Below, in pieces: positions 40,076 to 49,672 of a DNA stretch of 64,000 nt (the first letter of the stretch is position 1; the number at the start of each line of letters is the position of its first letter). The translations under genes and the position numbers were made by a program. The notes beneath the pieces are model-generated. The model was not told the DNA's origin and searched no databases. It saw nothing but the letters and a program-made list of their open reading frames with translations. Origin of the DNA: Vulcanimicrobiota bacterium (GTDB lineage Bacteria; Vulcanimicrobiota; Vulcanimicrobiia; Vulcanimicrobiales; Vulcanimicrobiaceae); the NCBI GenBank assembly GCA_003133745.1, contig PKZD01000074.1, positions 3,633 through 67,632 of the forward strand, given 5' to 3'.

Positions 40076-40263
40076 GCGGGAGTTCCTTCTTTGATGCCGG
40101 AGCGGATCATCGTGCGAAGGTCCGGTGAGTCGGCATGCTTGTGGGCCGTAACGGCGTGCTGCGCGGCAACTTCGACGAGTTCGTCCGCGCTGTCGGCCGA
40201 GATGACGATGGTGCAGTTGTTTTCGCTGGGATACTCCCGGCAATCGATGAACTTGCGAGCCAT
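40072..40263 (-). CDS. DUF1059 small metal-binding protein
   Basis: MARKFIDCREYPSENNCTIVISADSADELVEVAAQHAVTAHKH. Confidence 0.75.
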   Translation of the reverse strand: MARKFIDCREYPSENNCTIVISADSADELVEVAAQHAVTAHKHADSPDLRTMIRSGIKEGTPA

Positions 40264-40273
40264 GGCGTTCTCC

Positions 40274-40759
40274 TTACTGAGCGGTGCGTAGTGGTGGCGG
40301 AACGGCGAAGGGGCGCGCGACCGCGCCCGCCGGCGATGCGTTCAATCGCGCGATGTCCTCTTCCGACGGCTCCTGCACAAAATCGCGACAGGCATCGACG
40401 ATGCAGTAGAAGCCGAACGGCGTCGTGCCGCGATTGACGAACTGGTGAATTTCGAGCGGCGCGACATAGACGACGTCGTTCGCGCCGACGGGCGAAACGC
40501 TCTCGCCGACGACGGCGTAACCCTCGCCGCGACGGACCACGACGTAGTGTTCGTGCTCGTGCTTCTCGAGGCGCGAAACGGCGCCGGGCTGCAACTCGAA
40601 GTAGCGCAATTCCATCCGAGGCCCGGGGTCGGTAGGTTCGCTCTTACGCCCGCCGAGGATCGTATGACGCTCGACGCCGACGGCGGCCCCGGGGCGATAG
40701 CCCTCGGCCTCGACCCCTTCCCAGCCTTCGTCGGTCGCATGGATGACACGGCGTTGCAC
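40274..40759 (-). CDS. Cupin-domain protein
   Basis: LEKHEHEHYVVVRRGEG..VVYVAPLEIHQF cupin motifs. Confidence 0.75.
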   Translation of the reverse strand: MQRRVIHATDEGWEGVEAEGYRPGAAVGVERHTILGGRKSEPTDPGPRMELRYFELQPGAVSRLEKHEHEHYVVVRRGEGYAVVGESVSPVGANDVVYVAPLEIHQFVNRGTTPFGFYCIVDACRDFVQEPSEEDIARLNASPAGAVARPFAVPPPLRTAQ

Positions 40760-40776
40760 AGACGAAGCATACCATA

Positions 40777-41232
40777 GTGCCCTACTGGCTGTTCAAGAGC
40801 GAGCCGCACGCGTATGGCTTCGAGCAACTGCGCGCCGACCGCACGACGCCGTGGAGCGGCGTGCGCAACTGGCAAGCGCGCGGCAACATGAAGGCAATGG
40901 CCGTCGGCGATCTCGGCTTCTTCTACCACTCCTCGATTCCGCAGCCGTGCGCCGTCGGCGTCGTCAAGGTCGTGAAGGCCGCGTATCCGGACTTCACGCA
41001 GTTTGACCCGCAAAGCGAGTACTACGACGCGACCTCGCGCGCGGAGCGGCCGAAATGGTACATGGTCGACGTCGAGTACGTCGAGCCGCTCGCGCATCCG
41101 GTGACGCTCGCGCGAATGCGCGCCGAGCCGCGCCTTGAAGGCATGGTGCTGCTGCGACGCTCGCGACTCTCCGTGCAGCCGGTGACGCCGCGCGAGTGGG
41201 AAATCGTCATCGAGCTCTCCACGTCGGAATAG
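40777..41232 (+). CDS. EVE (PUA-like, DUF55) domain protein
   Basis: (M)PYWLFKSEP..WSGVRNWQARGNMKAMAVGDLGFFYHS..VGVVKVVKAAYPD. Confidence 0.85.
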   Translation: MPYWLFKSEPHAYGFEQLRADRTTPWSGVRNWQARGNMKAMAVGDLGFFYHSSIPQPCAVGVVKVVKAAYPDFTQFDPQSEYYDATSRAERPKWYMVDVEYVEPLAHPVTLARMRAEPRLEGMVLLRRSRLSVQPVTPREWEIVIELSTSE

Positions 41233-41236
41233 AGAG

Positions 41237-41270
41237 CGGGCCCCGCCTCAGCGGAGCCCGTTATCTTTTC
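41237..41270 (+). terminator. Rho-independent terminator after the EVE gene
   Basis: CGGGCCCCGC-CTCA-GCGGAGCCCG (10-bp stem, one mismatch) followed by TTATCTTTTC. Confidence 0.6.
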
Positions 41271-41293
41271 ACCAGTGTCGCTTACGGGACTTC

Positions 41294-44200
41294 TTACGGC
41301 CCCGTGAAGGTCTTCGTCAACTCGACATGCCAGACGGCCGGACCGAGTTGGTTCTCGATCGTCGCCGCTTGCTGCCCGTTGGCGAGCGGGTAGTTCGGGC
41401 CTGTACCTTCGTACTCGAAGAGTCCCGGCAACGAGTTGAAGATGTTGTCGCCGGAGACTTGGATCGACAACGCATCGTTGATCGGCACGCGGATGGATGC
41501 ATACGCGATCCAGAACGCGGGCGCATTGAACGAGTTGTTGTTGCCGAGCAAGGTGTCGCCGAAGACCACCTTCATGCCGTTGTGGCCGGTCCAGTTGATC
41601 TGAGCATGCGCTTGGAAGTACGGGATGTTCGTGTTCGAGTAGCCGTTGACCGCATCCGAACACGCCGACGGGAACGTCGTGTTGTGACTGTGCGGCAGCG
41701 GTCCCGCCGTTCCGCAATAGTAACCCGTCGCGAGTCCATTTCCGGTGAAGTTCTCACCCGGGATGATCGCGAGGTTCGTATTGTAGTTTGCCGGGATACA
41801 CGGCTTCGCCACGGTCGAGACGAACGTGCAATAGAAGTTCGCCGGGATGTTGTAGGCGTAGGCGTGCTCGAGCGCGCCCGAGAGGTTGAATCCGATTCCG
41901 TAGAGCGGAATGTGCTTGAGGGTCATCTCGACGCCCTCGAAGCGAGCGTTCGAAACGTTCTCGTTCTGGCTGTAGTACAGCGGGACGCCGGGAGCCGCCG
42001 GACAGCCCGAGCCCGGATAGTTCGTCGACGAGCAGTTGATGCCGCTGTAGTTGATCGCCGTGATGAAGTGGTTGAACAAGTTGGTCAGATAGAAGTCCAC
42101 CGATGCGAACGTGTCGCCGTCGGAGAACCGGTAATCCGAGCCGAAGTCGTAGCCGAAGGACGTTTCGGGCACGAGGTTCGGGTTGTTGTACGTGATCGTC
42201 ACCGAGTTGCAAGCGGAGCATGACGGATAGCCGGTCGTCTTCGTCAGTTCCGCGAGGTACTCCGGAGCGATGCCCGAGCCCGCCGAGAGGCGGAAGGCAA
42301 TGTTCGGATCAGGGCGATACTCGAGCGCCATGCGCTCGTCGAAGTGTTGCTGGTTCGAGGTCGTCCAGAGCACGTTCGATCCGTACGGGGAGCAGATCGC
42401 GCCCGGCTTGTTGACGTTCGTAGCGGTCGTTCCGTACCAGCCCGGCTGGAAGATGCACTCGTTCGCGTACGTGTTGTGATACGTGTTGTCGTAGAGCGTG
42501 ACGATGCCTTGCAGCTTCGGATTGATGTTCCAGATGTTGCGGAGCATGTACGTGTTCCACACCTGGCTAGCGCCTCCGGGTACCGTCGTCGACGGAGCCC
42601 CGAGGCCCGGGAACGGCACGTTCGATCCGCCGTACGGAATGGCCGGACAACCGCCCGAAACCGTTGAAGCGAATGCGAAGCTCGTGAACTGACCGGCGGC
42701 ATTGGAGCCCGGCGCGCAGCCCGATAGACTGCCGACGCCGTTGGTCTGGGAATCCGTGGACTCGGCACTGAGCGTGAACTCATTGCCTTCGCCGTACGGA
42801 TGCGTGAACTCGAACGAGTAGCCTTCGAGCCTGTCGAGTTCGAACTGACGGTAGTAATCGAAGAGGGCGGTCGGCTCGTTCACGCCGTTGTAGGTTGTGT
42901 AGTTCGAGCCTTCGTGATTGACGCCGTAGTACGTATAGTCTTCGACGATCGGAACGAAGGGACTATCCGTACCTTCCGTGATCAAACGATTCACGTCGGC
43001 GTGGTAGTACCGCGCGAGGATCGTGTTGTCGCCGATCGACGACGCGATTTCAGCCTGGAGGATCGGTTCCGAGTTCACCTCGTTGGCCGTTCCGTTGGCT
43101 CCGGGGTACGGGCCGCCGGAGGTCTCCCAGAACTGCGTTCCGGGGGCCATCGAGCCGGTATAGCCGTGGCCCGAGGCCGGAACGAAGACGGCCGGGAGCA
43201 GCGTGCTCGCCGTGTTCGCGTTCTGGTCCGCGTACGTCTCCGTGCTGATGTAGCTGATCGTTGCGCGCGTCGTCTCCGAGAAGTGATACTGGAGCTTCAT
43301 GAGCGCCGCGGTCTGGTTGAAGTAGCCGTTGTACGTATAGCAGCACGCGGCCAGGCCCTGTTCGGTGAAGGGAGCGCTCTCGGTGTTGCCGAGGTAGCCC
43401 GCGGCGTCGTTGAAAGCCGCGATGTTGCCGCTAAAGCCGCCGTGGTAACCGATGACCGCGCCGGGGCTGTGCGGATTGAACCACGCCGTCGCCCCGTGCA
43501 TCTGGCCGGGGTCTTGCACGCCGGCGAGATCGAAGACGAAGCCGAGCTTGCCGTCGAAGACCGTATCGGAGACGCCGAGGTTGAAGTACGTGCCGCCGTC
43601 GTTGATCCAGCCGAACGTGTACTCCGGCACGAACGTCAGCGTCGGGTCCTTCGTGTGGAAGTTCACCGTGCCGCCGATGGCATAGTTCGTCTCGGGTGAC
43701 ATCGCGCCGGGGCCTTTGATGACCTCGACGTACGAGAAGAGGAAGCTGTTCAAGAAGGTCGTGACGTAGTCGCCGTAGTCGACCACCGCGAGCGGATGAC
43801 CGTCGACCAGCGATGCGGTCTCATAGGAGAGGCCGCCGCGGATGTTCGGAACCACGATCGCGCCCGCCGAGGCCGCGTCGGCGCTCGAGGTCGGATAGCT
43901 GATCTGGAGGCCGGGAATCTGGTCGAGCGTGTGGTTGACCGAGAACTGACCTTGATCTTGGAAATCCGCCGATGAGAGCGTGTTCACCGACGCGGTCGAG
44001 GTGTTGAACGCTCCGCGGCCGCGAACTTGCACTTGTGCAATCGTTCGCAGCGAGGTGAAGGTCGCGACCGACATCGTGACCGCAACGCTCAGCGGTGCGC
44101 CCGCTACGACGGCGACGTCGTTCGAGGCGGTTTGGTATCCCGGATGCGTCGCCGTCAAACGGTAGACGCCGGGAACCACGTTGGAAATCGTAAAGGAGCC

Positions 44201-44419
44201 GGTCGCGTCGGTCGTCGTCGAATACGACTGCGGACCGGAGAGCGAAACGGTTGCATTCGAGATGGGTGCGCCTTCCGACGACGTCGCGGTGCCTTGCACC
44301 GAGCCCGTCGCGACGCCCTGAGCGACGAGACCCGCGCCATGAACCGTCGCCGCACTTACGGGTCCGACGGTCAACGAGGCGAAAATCAACGCAGCCAGGA
44401 TGCGAGTGAAACTTCTCAC
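41294..44419 (-). CDS. TonB-dependent receptor-like outer-membrane protein with an N-terminal CarboxypepD_reg domain
   Basis: Signal peptide (VRSFTRILAALIFASLTVGPVSAA), Ig-like GSFTISNVVPGVYRLTATHPGY, plug-like IRGGLSYETASLVDGHPL and a long Asn/Tyr/Gly-rich beta-barrel. GTG at 44419 is preceded by GGAGGA. Confidence 0.8.
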   Translation of the reverse strand: MRSFTRILAALIFASLTVGPVSAATVHGAGLVAQGVATGSVQGTATSSEGAPISNATVSLSGPQSYSTTTDATGSFTISNVVPGVYRLTATHPGYQTASNDVAVVAGAPLSVAVTMSVATFTSLRTIAQVQVRGRGAFNTSTASVNTLSSADFQDQGQFSVNHTLDQIPGLQISYPTSSADAASAGAIVVPNIRGGLSYETASLVDGHPLAVVDYGDYVTTFLNSFLFSYVEVIKGPGAMSPETNYAIGGTVNFHTKDPTLTFVPEYTFGWINDGGTYFNLGVSDTVFDGKLGFVFDLAGVQDPGQMHGATAWFNPHSPGAVIGYHGGFSGNIAAFNDAAGYLGNTESAPFTEQGLAACCYTYNGYFNQTAALMKLQYHFSETTRATISYISTETYADQNANTASTLLPAVFVPASGHGYTGSMAPGTQFWETSGGPYPGANGTANEVNSEPILQAEIASSIGDNTILARYYHADVNRLITEGTDSPFVPIVEDYTYYGVNHEGSNYTTYNGVNEPTALFDYYRQFELDRLEGYSFEFTHPYGEGNEFTLSAESTDSQTNGVGSLSGCAPGSNAAGQFTSFAFASTVSGGCPAIPYGGSNVPFPGLGAPSTTVPGGASQVWNTYMLRNIWNINPKLQGIVTLYDNTYHNTYANECIFQPGWYGTTATNVNKPGAICSPYGSNVLWTTSNQQHFDERMALEYRPDPNIAFRLSAGSGIAPEYLAELTKTTGYPSCSACNSVTITYNNPNLVPETSFGYDFGSDYRFSDGDTFASVDFYLTNLFNHFITAINYSGINCSSTNYPGSGCPAAPGVPLYYSQNENVSNARFEGVEMTLKHIPLYGIGFNLSGALEHAYAYNIPANFYCTFVSTVAKPCIPANYNTNLAIIPGENFTGNGLATGYYCGTAGPLPHSHNTTFPSACSDAVNGYSNTNIPYFQAHAQINWTGHNGMKVVFGDTLLGNNNSFNAPAFWIAYASIRVPINDALSIQVSGDNIFNSLPGLFEYEGTGPNYPLANGQQAATIENQLGPAVWHVELTKTFTGP

Positions 44420-44596
44420 GTATCCTCCAGCACTGGTGAAGAGGGAAGCAAAACGAGTATGAACCTCTGCAATTAAGCGGTCGTTAAGAAGCATATTGGG
44501 TAGCTCCTGCCTACTTCTGAGACGGCCCCTTCCAAATGGAAAGTAACGTACAGGGGAAGCCCGCGTTGGAGGGGTTCGTCGCCGGGCGTTAGGCCC

Positions 44597-46696
44597 CTAG
44601 TTATGATGAGATTTTGCTAAGAATAGCCGCTGCGCATCGACGGTGGGACGATTCGGCTGGCCGACGCGGCGATAGGTCCCGTCCGGGAGGAGCTCCCTGC
44701 TCTTCGCCGTCTCGCGGAGCAGCAACCCGAGGATGCGACGGTCCACGGTCTCCGCAAGCGCCGGATCCTGTACGGGCACGGCGAGCTCGACCCTCCGGTC
44801 CAGGCTTCGCCCCATCCAATCGGCGCTCGAAAGGTAGACTTCGCGCTCCCCACCGTTCTCGAAGACATAGATTCGGGAGTGCTCGAGGAAGCGGCCCACG
44901 ATCGAGCGGATGCGGATCCGCTCGGAGAGGCCGGGTACCCCCGGCCGCAGGACGCACATCCCCCGCACGACCAAGTCGATCTCGACCCCGCCCTGGCTTG
45001 CCCGATAGAGCGCTCGGGCTATCTCGAGGTCGGTCAGCGCATTCAGCTTCGCGCGAATCCCGGCCGGGCGGCCGGCACGGGCGTGTTCGGTCTCGCGATC
45101 GATCCGGGCGAGCACCTCGCGTCGCATCGTCATCGGCGCGACGAGCAGATCGTCGAAGTCGGTGACCTTCGAGTAGCCGGTCAGCGCGTTGAAGAGCGAG
45201 AGCGTGTCGGCGCCCAGCGTCGGCCGGCACGTGAAGAGCCCGAGGTCGGTGTAGAACCGCGCGGTCTTCTCGTTATAGTTGCCGGTTCCGAAGTGCAGGT
45301 AACGCCGCAGGCCATCTTCGTCTTCGCGAATCACCATGAGTACTTTGCCGTGCACCTTGAGACCCGGAAAGCCGTAGACGACGTGCACGCCCGCGCGTTC
45401 GAGGCGCCTCGCCCATTCGATGTTGCTCTGCTCGTCGAAGCGCGCCTTGAGCTCGATGACGACCGCGACCTGTTTGCCGTTCTCCGCCGCCTCCAAGAGC
45501 GCGCGGACGATCGGAGAGCCCGAACCGGAGGTGCGATAGAGCGTTGCCTTAATCGCGAGCACGCGCTCGTCGTCCGCCGCCTGCTGCAAGAACTGCACGA
45601 CGGGATCGAAAGATTGGTACGGATGATGCAAGAGTACGTCGCCTTCGCGAATGAGCGCGAAGAGATCGGTTACGCCGCGTAATCGACGCGGAATCGCGGG
45701 CGAGAACTCCGCGTTGCGCAGCTCGGCGTAGCCGGGCAACTCGATCAACTGGCGCAGATCGCCCAACGCCATGAGGCCATCGATCTCGTAGCAATCGACG
45801 TCGTGAAGGTCGAGTGATTTCAACAGAAACTCGCGCATGTACTCCGGCATGCCGCGCTCGATCTCCAAGCGCACCGGCTCACCGAAACGCCGTCGTTGCA
45901 GTTCCGACTCGATTGCTTCGAGGAGATCGTCGGCCTCGTCTTCCTGCAGATCGAGGTCGGCGTCGCGCGTCACGCGGAAGAGATATGCTTCGCGCACGAT
46001 CATCCCGGGAAAAAGCGCTCCAAGATGGCGCGCGATGAGATTTTCCAGCAGCACGAAGCGCCGCTCGCCCTCCGGCGACGGCTCGACGGAGATGAAGCGC
46101 GGCAACGTTGCCGGAATCTTCACGCGCGCGAAATGGAGCGCGACGCCGTCGCTCGTGCTCTCCTCCAACTCGACCGCGAGCGAAAGCGACAGATTCGAGA
46201 TGTACGGGAACGGGTGGCCGCTATCGACGGCGAGCGGCGTCAACACCGGAAAGACGCGCTCGTCGAACGTCCGCTCGATATTCGCCTGCGCTTCGTCTTC
46301 GAGATCGTCGACACGCACGATGCGAATGCCTCGGCGCTCGAGCGCGGGCATGAGGCGCTCGTTGAGCAGGCGCATCTGCGCAGCTTTCGATCGGCGCAAG
46401 CGCTCGGAGACCGCGATGAGGTGCTCCGTCGGCGTGCGACCGTCCTCGGAGCGTCGCACGACCTGCGCGTCGATCTGCTGTTTGATCGCCGCGACGCGAA
46501 TCATGAAGAACTCGTCGAGGTTGGTTTCGTAGATCGAAACGAACTTCAGCCGCTCGAAAAGCGGGTTGCGACGGTCGATCGCCTCCTCGAGGACGCGATC
46601 GTTGAACTCCAGCCAAGAAAGCTCGCGGCTAACGAACGAGGCGGGGTCGTCGGCGGACGCGCTGCCCTTTTGCAGCGGCTTCGTGGGCGAAAGCAT
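44597..46696 (-). CDS. ppk: Polyphosphate kinase 1
   Basis: FVSRELSWLEFNDRVLEEA..LKFVSIYETNLDEFFMIRV.. and two PLD-like C-terminal domains. The start is at 46696 (MLSPTK) or 46801. Confidence 0.9.
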   Translation of the reverse strand: MLSPTKPLQKGSASADDPASFVSRELSWLEFNDRVLEEAIDRRNPLFERLKFVSIYETNLDEFFMIRVAAIKQQIDAQVVRRSEDGRTPTEHLIAVSERLRRSKAAQMRLLNERLMPALERRGIRIVRVDDLEDEAQANIERTFDERVFPVLTPLAVDSGHPFPYISNLSLSLAVELEESTSDGVALHFARVKIPATLPRFISVEPSPEGERRFVLLENLIARHLGALFPGMIVREAYLFRVTRDADLDLQEDEADDLLEAIESELQRRRFGEPVRLEIERGMPEYMREFLLKSLDLHDVDCYEIDGLMALGDLRQLIELPGYAELRNAEFSPAIPRRLRGVTDLFALIREGDVLLHHPYQSFDPVVQFLQQAADDERVLAIKATLYRTSGSGSPIVRALLEAAENGKQVAVVIELKARFDEQSNIEWARRLERAGVHVVYGFPGLKVHGKVLMVIREDEDGLRRYLHFGTGNYNEKTARFYTDLGLFTCRPTLGADTLSLFNALTGYSKVTDFDDLLVAPMTMRREVLARIDRETEHARAGRPAGIRAKLNALTDLEIARALYRASQGGVEIDLVVRGMCVLRPGVPGLSERIRIRSIVGRFLEHSRIYVFENGGEREVYLSSADWMGRSLDRRVELAVPVQDPALAETVDRRILGLLLRETAKSRELLPDGTYRRVGQPNRPTVDAQRLFLAKSHHN

Positions 46697-46785
46697 GGGG
46701 GACGGGCTCTTCTGCGGCGGACTGCCTGCCCCCGGCTGCTCCCGCAGGCCCGCGCGGTCGCCCCCCGAACCCTCGGGCGAGGCCA

Positions 46786-47955
46786 ATGAAGAAGCGGGCA
46801 CTTTTGCTCATCTCCGACACCGGGGGCGGCCATCGCAGCGCGGCCAACGCGATCACGGCTGCGCTCGACGAGATCGAAACGCCATTCGGCTTCGAGCACC
46901 GCATCGAGGACGTCGCGGCGCACTGCTCTTTCCCCCTCACGCAACTCGGGCTCGGCTATAGCATGGCGCTGCGCTACGCGCCGCCCGTTTACGGCGCCCT
47001 GTACCACGCCACGAACGGGCGCCGGCGATATCGCGCGCTCGTACGTTTCTGCGAGCCGCTCTACCGGGAACGCCTGCGCGACCTCTTCATCGACTATCGC
47101 CCCGACGTCATCGTCTCCGTGCATCCGCTGCTCAATCACGCGGCACTGCGCGCGCGCAGCGACGCTCACATGGAGGACGTGCCGATCGTCACGGTGATCA
47201 CGGATTTGGGCAAGGTTCACGAATCGTGGCTCACGCCGCAGTCCGACGCGGTCGTCGTTCCCGCGCGTGAAGTTCTGGAGCGCGCGCGATCGCGCAGCAT
47301 CTCGTCGTCACGTCTCTTTTTGCTCGGCCACCCGATTCATCCAAAGTTCGACGACGTCTCCGGAACGAAAGAGGAACTGCGCCGGCAGCTGAACCTTCCG
47401 CGCGACAGCTTCGTCGTGATGCTGATGGCCGGCGGCGAGGGCGGCGGCAAACTCTTACCGACGGCGCTCGCGCTCGGGCGGGCACGCCTTCCCATCCACA
47501 TCGTCGTCGTCTGCGGCCGCAATGAAGCGCTGCGCCGCCGCCTCGAAGAGGCGTCGCACGTGCTGTCGACGCCGATGCAGGTGCTCGGCTTCACCGAAAA
47601 AGTTCCCGAATACATGCACGCCGTCGATCTGCTCGTCACGAAAGCGGGACCCGGAACGCTTGCGGAGGCGAACGCGGCGCAGTTGCCGGTTGTCGTCTAT
47701 GACTACATTCCGGGTCAGGAGCGAGGCAACGTCGACTTCGTTCGGCGTAACGATCTCGGATCGATTGCCATCCACGGCTCCCCCGAGGTCGTGCGCGCCG
47801 TGCGCAACCTCATCCGCGCGCCCGAGCGCCTGGATCAGATTCGGCGAAATCAGGCGATGGTTGCGCCGAAGCGCAGCTCGCGGCAGATCGCCGCGCTCAT
47901 CGCAAAGATGGCGAACGAAGGCGTCCCACGGTTGCGCGCCGTCGCATCATTGTAA
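46786..47955 (+). CDS. MGDG-synthase-like GT28 glycosyltransferase (diacylglycerol glycosyltransferase family)
   Basis: MKKRALLLISDTGGGHRSAANAI.. N-terminal MGDG_synth motif and a C-terminal GT28 fold (TKAGPGTLAEA). Confidence 0.8.
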   Translation: MKKRALLLISDTGGGHRSAANAITAALDEIETPFGFEHRIEDVAAHCSFPLTQLGLGYSMALRYAPPVYGALYHATNGRRRYRALVRFCEPLYRERLRDLFIDYRPDVIVSVHPLLNHAALRARSDAHMEDVPIVTVITDLGKVHESWLTPQSDAVVVPAREVLERARSRSISSSRLFLLGHPIHPKFDDVSGTKEELRRQLNLPRDSFVVMLMAGGEGGGKLLPTALALGRARLPIHIVVVCGRNEALRRRLEEASHVLSTPMQVLGFTEKVPEYMHAVDLLVTKAGPGTLAEANAAQLPVVVYDYIPGQERGNVDFVRRNDLGSIAIHGSPEVVRAVRNLIRAPERLDQIRRNQAMVAPKRSSRQIAALIAKMANEGVPRLRAVASL

Positions 47956-48900
47956 CTTCTCCGTGAGGCCGCCGCGGAAGGCCATCGTCGCGGCGCCGAC
48001 TTGCCCGGCGTCGTTGCCGAGGCGCGCAATCACGATCTCCGTCTCTCCGCGCGGCACCGAGGTCGTCAACTCTTCGACTCGCGCGCGTACCGCATCGAGC
48101 ATGAAGTCGCCCGCGCTCGACACGCCGCCGCCGAGCGCAATGCGGCGCGGATTGAGGAAGGCGATGATGTTCGCGAGCCCGAGCGCAAGATCGGCGGCGT
48201 AGTTCTTCCACGCCGCCAGCGCGTGCCCGTCGCCGGCCTGCGCCGCTTTGCGAATCTTCTTCGAACTGAGCTTGTCGCGCGTGACGTCGAGCAATGCGCT
48301 CTTTGGAAAGGAAGGCGCAAGCGCAAAGGCGTGGCGGATGAGCCCGGTTCCCGAAGCTTGTGCCTCGAAGCAGCCGACCTTACCGCAACTGCAGATGAAG
48401 CCGTCGGTCGGCCGGATCTGATGGTGTCCGATCTCGCCCGCCCCGAAATGATCGCCGAGCAGCAGCTCCCCGCCCGCCACGATCCCGCCGCCGATTCCGG
48501 TGCCGATCGTCAGCAGGGCGAAGTTCTTCGTCCCAGCGCCGGTGCCGAACGTATACTCGCCCAGCGTCGCGCAACGCGCGTCGTTCGCAACGAAGACAGG
48601 CACGTCAAATCGCTTGGCCAGCGTCGGACCGAGCGGCGCATTCTCCCAGCCGAGATTTGGGCTCCAGCGCACGATGCCGGTTTTCGGATCGATGTTGCCG
48701 GGCGAACCGACACCGATCGCCGCAACCTTGCCGGCGCCCGCAAGCGCCGCTCCGACGACGGCGCCGAGCGCTTCGATCACGACGTCAAAGCTGAGGTCCT
48801 CGAGATCCCGCTCGTGCCGTTCCTTGATCGCTCCGTCCTCGTCGACGACGCCCGCCGTAACGTGGGAGCCGCCGAGATCGACGCCGATAGCAGTCCGCAT
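47947..48900 (-). CDS. ROK-family glucokinase
   Basis: MRTAIGVDLGGSHV.., ROK Zn motif CSCGKVGCFE and GIGGGIV. Confidence 0.85.
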   Translation of the reverse strand: MRTAIGVDLGGSHVTAGVVDEDGAIKERHERDLEDLSFDVVIEALGAVVGAALAGAGKVAAIGVGSPGNIDPKTGIVRWSPNLGWENAPLGPTLAKRFDVPVFVANDARCATLGEYTFGTGAGTKNFALLTIGTGIGGGIVAGGELLLGDHFGAGEIGHHQIRPTDGFICSCGKVGCFEAQASGTGLIRHAFALAPSFPKSALLDVTRDKLSSKKIRKAAQAGDGHALAAWKNYAADLALGLANIIAFLNPRRIALGGGVSSAGDFMLDAVRARVEELTTSVPRGETEIVIARLGNDAGQVGAATMAFRGGLTEKLQ

Positions 48901-48917
48901 CCCGCTCTCTTTTTCCG

Positions 48918-49643
48918 TTGCCAAAGGCTCCACCCGCATCACGCCGCGAAGAACGTCACGTGGAAACCATCGACCTCACCGCCCTACGCAATTTCAGCCG
49001 GCGCACCGGGCAGCCGACGCATCCGGAACTTCTCGACGCACGCCCGATCGAGCACGTCTCCAAGATCGAAATCGATGAAGAGCACGTCACGATCGAATAC
49101 AACGAGAAGACGACGCGTTACTACAACGTCAACGAGATCACGAAGAACGAGTGGATCTACAAGTATAACGACGATCCCGAGTTCGTCGCCGCGGTCGCGC
49201 AGGTCATCGCTCTCGCCCGCAAGCACCTCAAGGAGCTGCCGGACACCATCGCGTGTCCGCCGGGCTGCGCGGAGTGCTGCAGCGGCTACGAGCCGTTCGT
49301 AACGCAAGCCGACGTGCGGCGCATCGCAGAGCATCTCGGCATGAGCGACGAAGCCGTCATGCACGAATACGTCGTCGCGCGTCCGTCGGCCGACGGCCAC
49401 TACGTCGGCTGGCTGCGCAAGGTCTCCGACGATCTCGCCGATCAATGCGTCTTCCTCATGGGCGACAAGAGCGGCCGCTTCTACTGCGGCATCTACGCCG
49501 CGCGTCCGGGCGACTGTCGCGAGTTCACGCCGATCGGCTGTCAAGACGTCGACGAGTCCCTCTCGCACAGCAGCAAGTTCAAGGTCGGGCCCGCCTTCCA
49601 GCCACGGCATAAGCGGCGCGCGCGCAACGGCCGCCGAAACTAA
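48918..49643 (+). CDS. YkgJ-family cysteine-cluster (CxxCxxCC) protein
   Basis: CPPGCAECCSGYEPFVTQADV..CVFL..GRFYCGIYAARPGDCREF. The start is TTG at 48918 or GTG at 48960. Confidence 0.7.
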   Translation: MPKAPPASRREERHVETIDLTALRNFSRRTGQPTHPELLDARPIEHVSKIEIDEEHVTIEYNEKTTRYYNVNEITKNEWIYKYNDDPEFVAAVAQVIALARKHLKELPDTIACPPGCAECCSGYEPFVTQADVRRIAEHLGMSDEAVMHEYVVARPSADGHYVGWLRKVSDDLADQCVFLMGDKSGRFYCGIYAARPGDCREFTPIGCQDVDESLSHSSKFKVGPAFQPRHKRRARNGRRN

Positions 49644-49672
49644 CTCCCGAGAACGAAGACGGAGGGCTGAAC

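Noticed and set aside
44420-44596. Possible riboswitch (for example cobalamin) or small RNA in the 177-bp region upstream of the TonB-dependent receptor.
   Set aside because: I read the minus strand and found no B12-box (GCCACTG) or other conserved riboswitch core. Only short, weak hairpins are present. It is most simply a promoter and 5' UTR together with the ppk 3' region.
48262-48285. A 12-nt match (GACAAGCTCAG plus flank) between the aceF tandem-repeat core and the glucokinase coding sequence.
   Set aside because: The match is short, lies in frame in a conserved enzyme (..RDKLSSKK..), and has no flanking similarity. It is probably chance and is not evidence of a second repeat copy.
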